Below are positions 42,536 to 58,790 of a stretch of 64,000 bases of DNA, in pieces. This DNA comes from the human T2T-CHM13v2.0 reference genome, Homo sapiens. The stretch lies in NCBI RefSeq assembly GCF_009914755.1, contig NC_060926.1; one strand, 5' to 3'. Below the pieces are notes generated by a model, which made no database searches, was not told the origin of the DNA, and was given only the letters and a program-made list of their open reading frames with translations. Position numbers and translations under genes: made by a program. The number at the start of each line of letters is the position of its first letter. Position 1 is the stretch's first letter.

Positions 42536-45500
42536 TAATTATTACTTTTTAATTTCCTGGTTTTACAGCTAGTCTATAAGCTCTGTGAATTCAGATATTG
42601 TCTCATTTTATCTTTAGTACACTGCCAGATAAATGGTAGATGCTCAATAAGTATTTATTAAATGAATGAAATTATGCTATACTTGTATTTTTCTACCAAA
42701 AATGTAACTTTATTAAGTGGCCAATCATAAGCACTGTTATTAACTAATATTAACATAATATAAACTAAAATTTAAGGAAATGCAATGTCCTCTAAGGGGC
42801 ACCTTTCTTCCTAATCTTCAACTGTTCTCTATCATGGCACCCTTTGCCCCTCTCCCTTCCTTGAGGCTAACTGGATAAAATATAACCTCCTACGTCATTG
42901 ATCATTTCCTTCCACCTGCCTCCAGTATTCTCGGAGTCATAACCTTTTCATGACAGAGTATGGCGCTGATGACAATTTGCTGTTTCCAGCTTGTTAAAAG
43001 AGATGAGTGATTTATTTTCTTAGTGCACTGAGTCTTGCATCTCTTTCAGTTATTTTCCTTGTCCTCTTGCCTTCACATCATACCTTTGAACTTCTGAAGT
43101 CTCTTTTTACTTCCATGGCCATACATTCCCGTGGTTCCCCTGACTTTTTGGCAACTACACACTCTGCTGCCTTTGCTATGAGCATTTCCAAGATTCAGCC
43201 CTTGTCTTTCTGCTCTTCTGTTTTTATACCTTTCTTTAAAAGTCTGTTTTCATAGTTTAGCAATGCCAACAACTTTGAAATCTCTTCATTTCCTCTCATT
43301 TGAAATGTATTATCATCTCCACTGTCTGAGACCTTTCCAGTTACATGTTCATTACTTCAGATGCTGCTGTTCAAGAGTAAGCAATATTGTCTACCCTACT
43401 TTCTACTTTTTCATGACAGTTCCCTCTACCAATTTGGTTATAACTGACACTCATTTTTCTAGGCATCGTGTAGGTTTGAAACTTTGGACTCATCTCTCTT
43501 GCTCTTCTTCCACATCCAGCCATTCTCCCATGGTTTTTCCCTTTCCCTGTTACTACTAAGTATCACATGATGTGTTCCTCCCTAATGCATTCTTTATACT
43601 CTCATCCTGACTCTCCCTCTGTTTCCCCAGGTGATCCACAAGAAAAAGTTAGGTACATTTACTTAACCCCTATGTCCCCATCGTGCTTTGTGCACACTCC
43701 TTTTTTGTATGTTTTACACTGCATTATGATTTGAGAAAAGCCCAAATGTGAGCTCCTTGAGAGCAAGAAGAGTTTGAAAAATTCCTTTTATGCTAGAAAT
43801 TTTGCTGGAATTAACATATGAAGTGTAGATTAACTTCTTTATTGAGATGTTTTAAGGATTCAGTAAATTAATATTTGTAAAATCATGCCTATATTGATGT
43901 TTAATTAGTGATGGTAGTAGAAAAACTAGTTTTAATGTCTTCATATAACACATAATATTGTTTATATAGTCAATACTTTAAAAATCATGAAAGAAGTAAA
44001 ATACATATTTTTGAAATCCACTAGCAGTTATGCATTGATTGCTTAATAGTGAAAAATTAGTATATGCCATTTTAGCAGTTTGTGCTGTCTTATGTAAAAA
44101 TTGCCATAATGGTGATATTAAAAAGATATTTAAATGGGATCATGGCATGTTATAGTGTGAACAAAGTTAACATGTTAATGTGGGAAAAAGAAACCAAAGA
44201 AATAGTGAAAGAAGTATGATGTGGAATAAGAGAGATACAGGGTGGCAAAAGCAAAGGCTAAGGGAATAGAAGAGAAGACAGATGTTGGAGTAGCTCTAAG
44301 TATGTTCAGAAAGTTAAAAACAACAACAACAAAAACAACAAAAAATCCATTGGAATTGACCTCCTGGAGATCCTTAAGAGTGTTAGTGAAGTGCCAAAGA
44401 TCCCATCAGTGTTTGTAAAAGGGTAAATAAAGTGATGGAATTTGAGATACAGATTTTCCATATAAGAAACTTGACCATTAGCAGAAAAAAGAGAATGAGG
44501 TTAATGGGTTTAGTAAAAGCCTCTGTAAGATAGGGGATACATTGGAGGGGATTATGATCACATAACAGACCAAATTCCAAGGATTTCTTAGAGCTGTGCA
44601 GACCGTGCATGATGGGATAGCCATCTGGGGGTCTTTGTTGATAAACTGTTAAAAACGTTTCTAGTGTGAATAGCCACAAACATTTTCAGTGCTTTTTTGT
44701 TGGTTGAGTAAACCGAAGAGCACGAATGCAAAAGCAAAATTTGACGCCAAATCACAGAAGTTGCCATAAACACAGAAGTTCCCTAGTGAGGACACTGCCT
44801 GTGCCTGAATTTCATTTGTTTCTGCTGCAATCATTTCTTACGTTTTTCCTGGTAACTAGCCAGATTAGAACTGTGAATGAAGACAAACTGGTCTTGCCCA
44901 GATGGTAGATGAGATACAGGTAACTTGGGTAGATAGAGAAAATATTTAGGCATTTGATTTGGAATATCTTAGAATTGAAGAGATATGCTTACTCTTTTGT
45001 CATGGGGGTTTGCAACCTTAGTATATGCCTAAATCTACAGCTGCTCCTCATTTCCCAGATGGCATCTATGGCTGGGAGTACTTTTTACCATCTGTACTTC
45101 TCAAAGAGTTTGTGAACTCTCTCTTTTAATTATTGGGAATGGAAAAACTAATTGGTAAAGTGGGTAAATTATGTAAAAGATTTTTAAAATTTGAATTAGC
45201 GCTTTTTATACCTAACTTTTCAAATAAGATCAGTACTTCAAGTCCTTTTTGACCTTCATCTTTCATTGTCTATCTACCATCTTTGTTGTTTGCAATATTC
45301 CGCAATACTCCCTAATAACTGTTTTGTACATGGATTGGTATTTTGAGCCAAATTCCAAAATTTTTGCCTCCTTCCAATACTGTAGTAAGTACTGTTGTTG
45401 GCATGTACCCAGAACAACTAACACTGAATGGGTATGGAGTACAAACTTATGTGAATTGTTCCATTCATCTAAGTGCTTTTAAGTCAATAAAGTTTAGTGT

Positions 45501-47163
45501 CACAATTTGTGAAAGTAATTTAGAAAAACATACTCTTAATATGTTTTGTCAATGTTTCCATTTATGTAAAACATTGAATAGTGGGAGAAGCAATTTCCCA
45601 GTTAGGAAATACTTTTATAACTGAAAATAATAGAGTGACATCTGACTCTGAAAATGAGCTTATTCTCTGTCTAGATTTGGCATGTTATTAACTTTTTCTT
45701 CTTTCGGGCTTATGAGTCATAAATGCATTTCCTAATGATGTGTTGTAAATAAGTATCCTTTGATAATCAGTAGATACAATACCTATTCACTATCTTTTCT
45801 CTTTAGGCAGGTTCTACTGGGGAAAATTCTCTAGATAGTTTGTCCATTTATAAAATTAGACACTTGCCATCTTTGCTCATTTTCAAGTTCTCTGTTTACA
45901 AAACTATTAAGAAGGTGTGAAATGCAGCCAAACTTCCCAGTTTATGGGGAATGTCTGATGATTACATTTCCTACATGTTCATTGTTCGCACATGAAGAAA
46001 TTTGGCAGCTGTGAGATTATAAAGTTCAGAGTATCCAAATCTAACCCTCACTGGGATTTTGGTTCCCTGCTTTCTGCCACCACCATCTCACCCCCTTTTG
46101 TAACTCTTTTTGTGGTAAATGCTGTGTTGGCATTTCTTAAGGTTAGTGATCCTTAAATTTTCTTGTTTTTTTTTCCATTTATCAGATGCTATGAATAAAT
46201 CATAGATTAAAAGTTCACCTGATACAGAGTCTTGTCTTCAGGCCATAACATACCCAAACTGTTAAGATTTCTTACGTGTGAAATTCTCAATAAAGAGGTT
46301 TTATATTGGTGCCATTATTGGGAGAGGAGGGCAGTAGTGGTAGCCAATCTAAATGTTATAATTATTTCAGAATTACTCTGCCAGAAAGTTATGATCATAC
46401 ATAGAAGAGTTTGTAGCTAACTTTGAAAGTAGTGGAAAGTGGTTTTCATGTATTGTTTGGGTTAATTTAATTTTGATTATATTTGGTTTTTAGTTCAGGT
46501 AATTTTTTTGTTGAAAACTTCAAATGACAATTTCTTCATGGTTACTAAAGATCACTCATGTGGAGTAGTTTCAGATTTTTTTCTGAATACATGTATTACT
46601 TTTAGAGATGTAAAGATGTGAAATTACTAAGAGAGAAACCCATGTGATTTGTTTAGTGGATCAAAAGTCGGTAGCTCCTTTGATCCTAAGTGCCACTGAT
46701 AGTTAAATAGATACTGAAGCTATGGGCAGGCTGGATTGATAAGAAAAAAGGAGACAGAGAAATGGGAAATTGGGAAAGAACTGTGCAAATAGGAAAAGGA
46801 GAGAGCAACAGAACAGAATTAGTACCACAGTGCCGTAAGTGCCACCTCAGGTACTTCCATCTCCCATCTCCTGAAGAATTCAGTAACAGTTTGCAAATGG
46901 TCAACACAATCATTTAGTGATCCTGTTTGATATTTTCAATACTTTCTGTGTATTTCTTGTCTGTTTTCAAAATGATGATGCTGATAGTTTTTATTGCCCT
47001 GAAGGTTATTCTGAAGTTTAGCATAATTTTATTTGTTCAGTAAATTATTTGAATAAAAGTTGTATGAATGAAAATTCTGGTCATCATTATTTTTGGTGAT
47101 TATCCTGCAGTGGGAATAGAGGATTTATAATTTTAAACTCTGTCCTTTGTGTTTCATTCACAG

Positions 47164-47226
47164 GCTGTAGAAGAAGAAGATAAGATGACACCTGAACAGC
47201 TGGCAATAAAGAATGTTGGCAAGCAG
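47164..47226 (+). CDS. PSMD14: PSMD14 penultimate exon ([21 protein letters not shown])
   Basis: tcacag|GCT acceptor, CAG|gtgagg donor, 63 nt. Confidence 0.97.
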
Positions 47227-49628
47227 GTGAGGTGTACTGTTAATAAGTTATGCAGTTGCATAATAACATGTTCTTATAGAGTTAAAACTGTTTTAGGGCC
47301 TATATAATTTTTTTCCTGTCCACTCTATGTTTTTCTTCTGTCATGTAAATGTGATACTAATTGTAAAGGTCACTAAATTTATTTGATGTCAGGTTCTCTA
47401 TAGAGAAGTAAATCACAAATACCTAAGAGATATTATCGTCAGTGAAAATAATTTACTAGGAACAAATTAGGACACTTGTATCCTGAATTAATTTTTTAAG
47501 TATTATTTTTACCTACAGATAAATAAGATAATAGAAGGGTAGATTTATTTCATGTGTAACAAGTTTTGTTAATCATGTACTTTATCAATATGTAGGTAAT
47601 ATTCCTGAGAAAGGTTAGAGCCTTATTGGGTTATACTGAGTGAAGAGAAAGGGCTTTAAGTATTTGCTCTTTCACTTTTCTAAGATGAAATATATATTTT
47701 AGTCTCTATTATCTGAGGGTGGGGGAAGACACCAACCAATTAAAGGAATCTACAGATTAATTAGACTGTTTTTTAAAGAATGTTGATTACATTTTTTCCC
47801 CATTTCATGGAACATGGTTATCATATTGCTGATGTTGGCAGAATCTTGATATTTCAGATGCAAGACACTAAGCTGTCTTTGCTTTCAGCCATCCTACCAT
47901 ATGCTCTGATCCCATCACATCTCACAAGCTATGTAGGTTTGGGCCAGGACCATTCTTGGATGGGAAATCTCTAAGAATCACCCAGCTGCCACAAGAAGTA
48001 ATGTAGATAACTGAGGGAAGCGTGTTACCAATTCACTATAAAATGAATTACTCCAACAGAGCAGTAGGGGCAAAGGTCTGACTTTATCATATGTCATAAA
48101 TGAGAAAATCAAATTTCACTACCTTCTAAGTATTACAGTTTAAAAACAAGTACCCTCAAAAAGCAAAATGAAATACAGTTCATTTTATTTTCTCATCTTA
48201 TGTGATATCACCCTTGTTATCTTTTCCACTACTTATTTTAATCATAATACTAGATCACCAACTTGGAGCCTTATACTTTATAGAATTCAGTAACTGTTTT
48301 TTGAATAAATGCCTTTCCAAGGCCATAGTTTCTTGATACAGATTTAAAGCAGCAAATAAAAGGTCTAAATACAAAATGAAACTGAAAAATATGTAATTGG
48401 CAAAGTTTAATAATCATCAGAATCATTTTTAAAAATATAGTTATTACCTCACTGGTTTGGCCTACTGCATGGCAAAAGCAAAACTGTCTGTAATGGAATT
48501 AAACCAATATCTTTTTTTCTCCTGCCAGTGTTTCTCAGTGTTTTTCACCTAAAATGCCCTAAGACTTATTTCTGAAATAAAAAATATATTGTAGTCTAGT
48601 CACTTAATTATTTGTAACATGTTGTATCTCTGGGTTGTTTAAAAAAAAATAGTGTATTAAAATAAGGGTTAGAAAAGCATGGCCAAGAAATAATTCCAAT
48701 AATGAACATTTGTTTAAAGTTAGGAGTCTTGGGTATTTTAACAATAATCGTAAGAATATAATCATTTAAATTATAATTTTTCTATTGTGTATAATATATA
48801 TTCCTTATTTCAAAGCTCTGAAATTTTGCTCAAATACTTAATTCTGCCTAAAACATAAATACATACTAAGCATTTTAATTTAAATTAGTTTATTACAATA
48901 CAATTTTAAGCCTCCTTTTTAACTCAGTCTATTTCAAAAATAGATTTGATCAGGTTTAAGTTAAAGGATTGCACCTATATAATTTGCTATGATACATTTT
49001 TTTCAAAATAGCTACATGAAACATTCTTAACATTTTAGAATTGATCCAAATTGTATTTAAATTCTTCAACTACAAACGGCAGCTTTTGATCCAAGAATAT
49101 TTTCTGAATCATTTAAAGCACTACTCTTGAAATATTAAAATTGTACAGAATTCTGATTTTTGCTATTATAAAACATAGAAGAAGTGCTGAGAATTCACAC
49201 TGAACTCTTACCCTTTGGTATGTCCGCTTTGAATTAAGCATTCTCTCAGACATTCAAGATATATGAACGGTAGAGAATATACACATATATTCAGACAGGT
49301 ATACATATATAAATGAAATTTTTTAAAAAATCAGATGATTGTGAGCTGTATAGAATTCCTTGTTACTCTTTATAAAAATCTCTGGTACATAGTCATTGCA
49401 TTGTATAAATCAAGCTTTCATTGTGTAATCTATTATTTTATTAGCTACTTAACTTTTTGATTTAGAAATTCTAAGAATGTAACAATATACTAGTAAAGTT
49501 AAATTGTAAAATATTTAAGTAAGGTCTGGCTTTCTTTACTAGTTTCATCAGCTACTGAAAAAAATTTAAGTAATTTATCTACCAGTAATATGGTTCTGTT
49601 TTCTCTTTCCTCATTTTTGTTCTTTTAG

Positions 49629-49727
<99 letters not shown>

Positions 49728-50022
49728 AGCAACGAAAAACGCTATTAATGATGCCTTCAGTGTATATTCCTCTGTTGTTCCTAATGCTCAAAATCAAGGG
49801 ACCTCTGAAGGTGTACTTGGCTAAATGTAAGACATCTGGCATCATTTGCAGCACTGTAACACCTTCAGTCTCAGTTGTGCAATTACTTCTGTTTCTTTAG
49901 TCAGGGTCTTTGCAGATTCTAAAGTTATACATGAATACATCAAAGTGGACAAATTTTGTTAAGATCCCATTTAATATTTGAAAAAATCAGTAGCACAAAT
50001 ATATTTTGATTGTCACTTACAA

Positions 50023-50028
50023 AATAAA
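50023..50028 (+). terminator. PSMD14: PSMD14 distal polyadenylation signal (AATAAA)
   Basis: Canonical hexamer about 300 nt after the stop codon, followed by U-rich sequence. Confidence 0.75.
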
Positions 50029-52714
50029 ATACATTTACAGTCTATGCCTCCTGAGATCTTTTTGGCAATGGGTGGGATTGATGGAATAACATTTGACAGT
50101 GGTCTAGAAATCTCACACAAAGATATGTTTCCGTTTGCATTTTAAGATCTTACAACACATAAAACATCAGTGTGATAAAACTTCACAGATGTATAATGAT
50201 TTCCATTAATGAGTGGCTACCTAATTAGTGAGTAACTCAGAAAAAATGTTGACATTTTATTAGCATTTGTCATAAGCTAAATATTGTATACTCACTATCT
50301 TATAAACATACTTTTAGGATTTTGGAAGAGTACATTTACAAAGAAAAGGGAGCAATTTTAATTTAGACTTTATCATGTTTTAAAAGAGTACATTTCTACC
50401 AACAGTTTTGAAACTGGGAATTGGCTGCTGCAAACTCTACTGGACTTTCATCTAAAATAGCCACAGAAAGTATATGTCTAAAAAGCAAAATGAGAAAAGT
50501 AGTCATAATGTGAGTTTAATATAAGCTTATAAGCAATAATTTTGCTATTGTTTGGTCTCATCTTTTCTAAATTAGGACTACCCAGTTTTCTAATAGAGAA
50601 AAAAAAATGGCTAATACCAACTTCTAATGTGATGTACAAAAGTAACTGCCCCTGTTACTACTTACGGTTCAGAACCATACTGATTATACCATTTGTATGG
50701 CAAAAGATACAGAGACAAAGATCTAATTCTAGTCTGCACCCTTGTGAAAATATGGTGAGAGTATTACTGTAGCTTCATTAAAGGAATGTTTTACATGGAC
50801 TTGCAATTTAACTTAACCTACTAGAACTGTTATGAGTGCTGTGATAGATCAAATTACTGTCCTACTGGAACAAGTCTAGGCTCTTATTGGTTCCCTAGTG
50901 AAGTTACCAGAAACTGAAAGTCAAAATGGCTTAAATTCCCAGTATGTTTCACAGTATCTTTTTTGGTGGAGTAAGAAGTATTCTGAGCATTTCTTGCTTG
51001 TCCTGTGGTTTACTGTTTCAGATATAGTGACAGTATATTTTATGTAGGACATGTAATATGTATTAATTTAAGTTGTTGGGATTACATTTAACCATTTAAA
51101 ATTCAAATATAAGTGGAAGTTAGTGAAATTTTCTTTTGCCTAATTCAAACTTGTGTGCAGGCTTTTTGGATATGATTTTTCCCTTTGCAAATAAGATTCT
51201 ATAACTTATTTCACAGATGTTGTTAATGAGTGCTAGTCAATGATTTTTTGGGGGGTACAGTGCCCTCAGAAGAAGGCCTTAACATTTCAAGAACTATTCT
51301 CAATATTTGGGTTGAAAGGGTTTTTTTGTTTTTGTTTTTGTTTTCTACTTAGTCCTCTGAAAATATCCTGAGTCCTGTGACTGGAAAGGCTTACCTTGCC
51401 TGTTTTTTTGCCCTTATTTGATCACCCCATCTTCCTGGACTCCCTATAGCCACACACCACTTACTCTCACTTAGTTCATGTTGGTGACATTCCCAGTTTC
51501 AGAACCTTGTCAAAATCTTTGCTAGCAAAAACCTACATTACTTTTTGTAGATTTGGAGTCGATCAAAATCAAGATGCCCTAAGAGGCAAGGCTCAGTGAA
51601 CACCTTTGTCTTGGAATGTACAGCTATTTTCGCAGCAGCCTGATGTCCCAGGCCCAGTTAGGCACTGAAAAGATGCATTTAATCACAAACTTAGTAAGCT
51701 GTTTAAGACTGTATATGTATGCGCGCACATGTGCACGCAATTACCCCTCCATCATGCAGAGGTAAAGCAGCTCTGGAAACAAAACTGTTTGTCTCTAGTG
51801 CAGAAATGTCCCTGCTTTTCTCTCAGACTAATACGGGGGCACTGAAAGCTCCGGCCTCACTATTCAAAGTGTCATCTGCCTGGACCAATAGCATCTGGGT
51901 CTTATGGAAATTCGTTATATATACAGAAAGCAAGCCCCACCCCAGGCCTATTGAATCATAATAAAGAATCCTGGTGTGGTTCATATACACTTTAAGGTTT
52001 GAGAAGCCCTGGCCTTCTTTTAGAAGTACGGTTCACAGGCACATGTGGTGATTCTGAGGAAAGCCTTCATTTTCCTTAGTATATATAAATTCAAGGCATA
52101 CCCTATATGTGAGCAATCACTGAATTTGGTACTGATAATCCAAAGTGGGTCAGAGAGCACATCAATTCAATTCCTTAAAAACTCTGAAGGAGGTGCACTC
52201 TTTCCCTTTTCTATCCTTTAACACCTTAACATTTCAATTTAGCATAAAAAAAAAACAGTTTAGGGTGTCGAGAATGGCAAAGCCTCAAAAAGAGCCCAGG
52301 TGATGTCTCACCTCTACACATTTAAGGCTCTGTCCCACTGAGAACGGAGGAAAGTACTGTCTTCCGAAGCACCGGAGGGAGAGGCACTCAGGGACAGAGA
52401 AGTTGAAGATGGAGAAAGAAGGAAACAAAAGTAGCCAAAAGTAGTCAAGAGGTCAAAAGCCTCTCATGAGGGCAAATGGCAGTAGGAGGGCAAATGGCAG
52501 TAGAAGGTCAAGGGCAGAAAAACAAGTGTCAAATGGCATCCCCTACTCCCCTCCCCCGCACCCCAACGATTCAACAGCTAAGACTGCTTGTTTATGAAGC
52601 TTCCTGGCCAGGAGCTGAGGTTTGCTTTCGAAAGGAAAAATGGGTCTGGCTCTCTTTATCCCAGAAAATTGTCTCGGCTTTAGTCTGGGACATCTGGTCA
52701 ACAACCTGCCCTGC

Positions 52715-53380
52715 CCAGGCCGCCAGCGCAGGGCCTTGCCCGCGGCGCGTTGATGGAGGCCGCAGCTGGTGCCCTCTGCAGCCAAGGCGCTCAGCCCGCC
52801 TGGAGGGGCGCAGTCTCGGCTCAGCGCTGACCGCTCGGCCCACCGAGGCGCAGCTCTGAAAATGCACCACAGTGGCGAAGCGGCGAGTCTGGATAACCCG
52901 TCTCCGCCCATGCTCAGGACCCACCCAATGTCCCCAGGCGCTGCTCTCACTCCGGGAGCTGCCCCGGCCCGGGTAGGACAGACGCGCTCGCTCGAAGCCA
53001 GAGGCTCCCCCGGCTGAGGTGCCCAGGCCGCTCCTCCAGCCCGGGAAGAGCGTGTGCCCCTGGGGTCTGCGCCAGACGCAGCTCACCCCTTGCTCCTTCA
53101 GTCTCCCGGGCGGAGCCCGCCCTCGGGCCGGCCAGCTCTCGGGGCCGAGCGGAGCTCTGGGCGGCGCTCCTCCTGCTCATTCCCGCGCGGCTCGGCGTCC
53201 GGGAGGAAAGCCGCGGGAGGGCAGGTCAGCGAGCGCCGGGCCGCGGGAGGCAGCTTTGGGCAGATAAAAAGCCTCTGCCGCTCTTGGCCCTCTGGCTCAG
53301 GCCGAGGGCTGGGCTCCTCTGTAGAGCCGGTGCTGGGAGACTTCCTCCCTACACCTCGGGGTCTCTTCGGGCCTCGTGCT
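52715..53380. promoter_or_regulatory. CpG island upstream of TBR1
   Basis: Abrupt GC- and CpG-rich stretch with GGGCGG boxes near 53107 and 53159. Confidence 0.85.
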
Positions 53381-54249
53381 ATTTATTTGTGCCAACATCT
53401 TTTTAAATTGGTTTTTTTCTATTCCTCTTTAGATTCTTTTTCCTTTTAAAAATTATTGGCATGGATGCTTTTTCTCCCCTCCAGATTATATAAACATTAA
53501 ACACACACACGTACACACACACACACGTTTTCAGTAGCGATTACTGTGTTGACACCACTTCCACTCTGTCTCCCCAGATCAGCGCTTCTGACGAGCCCAT
53601 TTGCACGGGGACTCGGCCCTCTCTTTTCCTGGCGAGGCTTTTGAACCTGTCGCCAAGCCAGTACCTCAGAGAGAAGGAAATGCAGAGGGACGAGAAGGAT
53701 GCATGGCGCCTGCCCCCAGTTAGATGTTCTTCAGATAATCTGCAACCAAGTGCGCTGATAAAATATTTAATAAAGAGCCGGTAAACATCACTGCAAATAC
53801 ATTAAGGCATTTCAGCCCGACAGCTTATGATTATTTCAAAACTTAAAAAGGAGATCATAGATTGTCACTGTTTCTGTACTCAACCAAGAAACCGAACCTT
53901 CCTGAGGTGGGTGGATTGGTGGGTGAGTTGCTGCTTTTCGCCCCCTCTCCTCCCCCCTTCTGCTTGTCGCTGTGGCTCTCAGCAGCAGGGATTTATTTAT
54001 TTATGTTTGCAGTTTAAAAGGTGGGGGTGGGGGCGCCGAGGACATGTAGGATCTGCTCACAAAGCACCAGCTCAGGTGTTGTGTGCTTTTGTATTAGCTG
54101 GAAAAGACAGACTCTGGAACTTTTACAGGGCGAGAAGAGGCCACCGGCTCGCGCTTTGTATACTTTGCACTTGAAATCGTTACATTCAACTGAATATTTG
54201 GCTCATTCAGATCCGAAAAGTCTCCTAGCATCGTCGAATTCCCTCCTCC

Positions 54250-55446
<1,197 letters not shown>

Positions 55447-55965
55447 TAATACTACATTTTTGGCTGCCGCTGCTCTAGGCGCAGCCGGGGACAAGTGCAC
55501 CTAGGCTGTGACTGCCGCGGCAGCGACGATTTGGGGTCGGGAGCGGAGTGGAAGGCGCCCTAGAGTTGGCTAGTTTTGGAAAGGGGGAAAGTGGAAGGGA
55601 TAACCGCCAGGGTGATGTTGGTGGGGGGGACCCCGTTCTAGGAACATAGTGGGAGAGCCAGTCAGTGGCCAGAGGAAGGCAAGAAAAAGGAAGAGCCCTG
55701 GCCAGCGGCTGGGCGATGGGAGGGACGCATCAACACTGGCATGCACGGACAGGTGGAGACGCAGGTCGCCAACCTCGCTCTCCACCTGGGCAGTGATAAC
55801 TGCCACCTTCCCACTCCAGCTCACCCGCCGCTCTCCCTGATTTGGGTTGCACTTCTTTTCTTCTCCCACCACCCTTTTTCTAATCCAGCAAATATTCGCC
55901 TATTTGCTGCAAGTACAAGTTTTGCTTTGCTAACTGGCGCCCCGCTTCTTGCATTTAATCTTTAA

Positions 55966-56226
<261 letters not shown>

Positions 56227-56430
56227 TAATTAAAGCCTTTGTGGACTGGCTCGAGCGACTTTTAAAACGATCGGCCAATGACTTCTAAAAGGAAACGAGG
56301 GGGACAGGGGGACAGACTGAGCTGCGAGAAGGGGGAGGATTATGCAAAAGCTATTTTAATCACCCCCAGTTAATAGGAAGAAAGAATGGCCTAAAAAAGC
56401 CCCAGTTAATGGGCTTCATGGTGGAGTAAG

Positions 56431-56434
56431 GTGT

Positions 56435-56480
<46 letters not shown>
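56431..56480. repeat. (GT)n microsatellite, about 25 units with one interruption, in TBR1 intron 2
   Basis: Read directly. Confidence 0.97.
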
Positions 56481-56482
<2 letters not shown>

Positions 56483-56549
56483 TACGTGGTGAGGAGCTGG
56501 GACTGGGCAGTGCCAGGGGCATATGTAAACAATGTATTTCTTTCTCTAG

Positions 56550-56671
56550 GAAATCGGGTCTATATGCATCCGGATTCCCCCAACACTGGGGCTCACTGGA
56601 TGCGCCAAGAAATCTCTTTTGGAAAATTAAAACTTACGAACAACAAAGGAGCTTCAAATAACAATGGGCAG
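56550..56671 (+). CDS. TBR1: TBR1 exon 3 ([40 protein letters not shown])
   Basis: ctctag|GA acceptor, CAG|gtcagt donor, 122 nt; T-box HPDSP and KLKLTNN motifs. Confidence 0.98.
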
Positions 56672-56919
56672 GTCAGTGGCTCAAGCGCTCGTGTTTTCTC
56701 TCTCTCTCACCCCTTCCTCCCTGACATCCAGTTCGTCAGTGTAAAGCAGCATATGGAACTGGATACACGTTTCTTTGCTTCATTAAAAAGACTTAAAAAT
56801 TGTATTTCCACCCTCCAAATTTATATTAAATCTGTAAAGTTGTTCTCATTGGCAACACCTCCGTCGGCCCAATTTTGGAGTGCCCGACCTTCCCAAGTAC
56901 TAATACTGATTGATTTTGA

Positions 56920-57570
<651 letters not shown>

Positions 57571-58454
57571 CTAAATACCAAGCCGGTGGGAAAAAGCTTT
57601 CTATTTGTTTTCGTCGCTGGTCACCCGGGCCACCTTTGAGGTGGCCAGGATTTCTAAAGACTCTTCTTTTGGGAGTTTTAATTTGGGCTTTGAACTAGAA
57701 CAGATTAAAATCTACTTTAAAAAAAAATTCTCTCTTTCCTTTAGAAAACAAGCAGATTTCCCCGTGCATTTTATTCTTGGCAAGCTTTGGCATCTAAAAA
57801 AAAATTTCTCTCTCTCTCTCTTTTTTTCATCTCAGAACTGATGGCTGAAATGAACAAACATCACTGTTCTGGGAGATCAAAAGAACATACACATTCATAT
57901 ATGTGAAAACTACAATAAATCAAATTACTGAGGGCTATGGATTGAGCTTTCTAGCACTTGAACCACTTCTGATTTTTCAAGTTTGCAAAAACAGATTTTA
58001 GTGGCTGATTTGACTACTAGGAGTGATAGGGGTTTTTGTGTTTGTTTCTTTTTTTTACTTAAATGATAATATCAGAAATTAAAACATGCTTTTAAATCCA
58101 ACCTGATTTTAAGATGCAACTTGTGGTTTCTCAGGTTGTGAGTCAGAAGCGACAAACGTTTTAAAATATAAAATACTTAAAATAGTCAACATTTAGTGAT
58201 GAATTCAAGTTCTCCTTAAAGATTTTTGTCTGAACAAGTGCATTGTGTGTAACAAGCATTTTTAAAATGTGAGTTTGAACAAATTTAGAAAACACAGGAG
58301 AGCTAATTGAAAGCAGTTCTTTGGCTATAGGTATCATTAATTTAAACATGTTCCTCATAACTTTCATGATACTTTCTCTTTTTTTCCTTTCCACTCAATC
58401 CCTCAAATTTTTCAGTTAGGAAAACCTTGCTATTTAATAAATTGTAGGCCTTAA

Positions 58455-58607
<153 letters not shown>

Positions 58608-58728
58608 TAAGTAACTTTGTATCTTCCTTTTCAAATAGCTGTGGAATTGGGCTTTAGGTCAAAGGTGTATTATTATGTACAAGGATTTTGAAAGCTGGAA
58701 TGTGTGAAGACAAGGTTGTTTTAGAGGA

Positions 58729-58790
58729 CTTCTTCTTCTTCGTCTTTCTTCTTTCTTCTTCCTCTTCTTTTTTTTTTTTTTTTTTTTTTT
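58729..58790. repeat. (CTT)n / poly-T pyrimidine tract in TBR1 intron 5
   Basis: Read directly. Confidence 0.92.

Noticed and set aside
52476-53449. Cluster of overlapping 77-164 aa ORFs
   Set aside because: By-product of the CpG island (few stop codons); Arg/Gly/Ala/Pro-rich with no homology I recognise.
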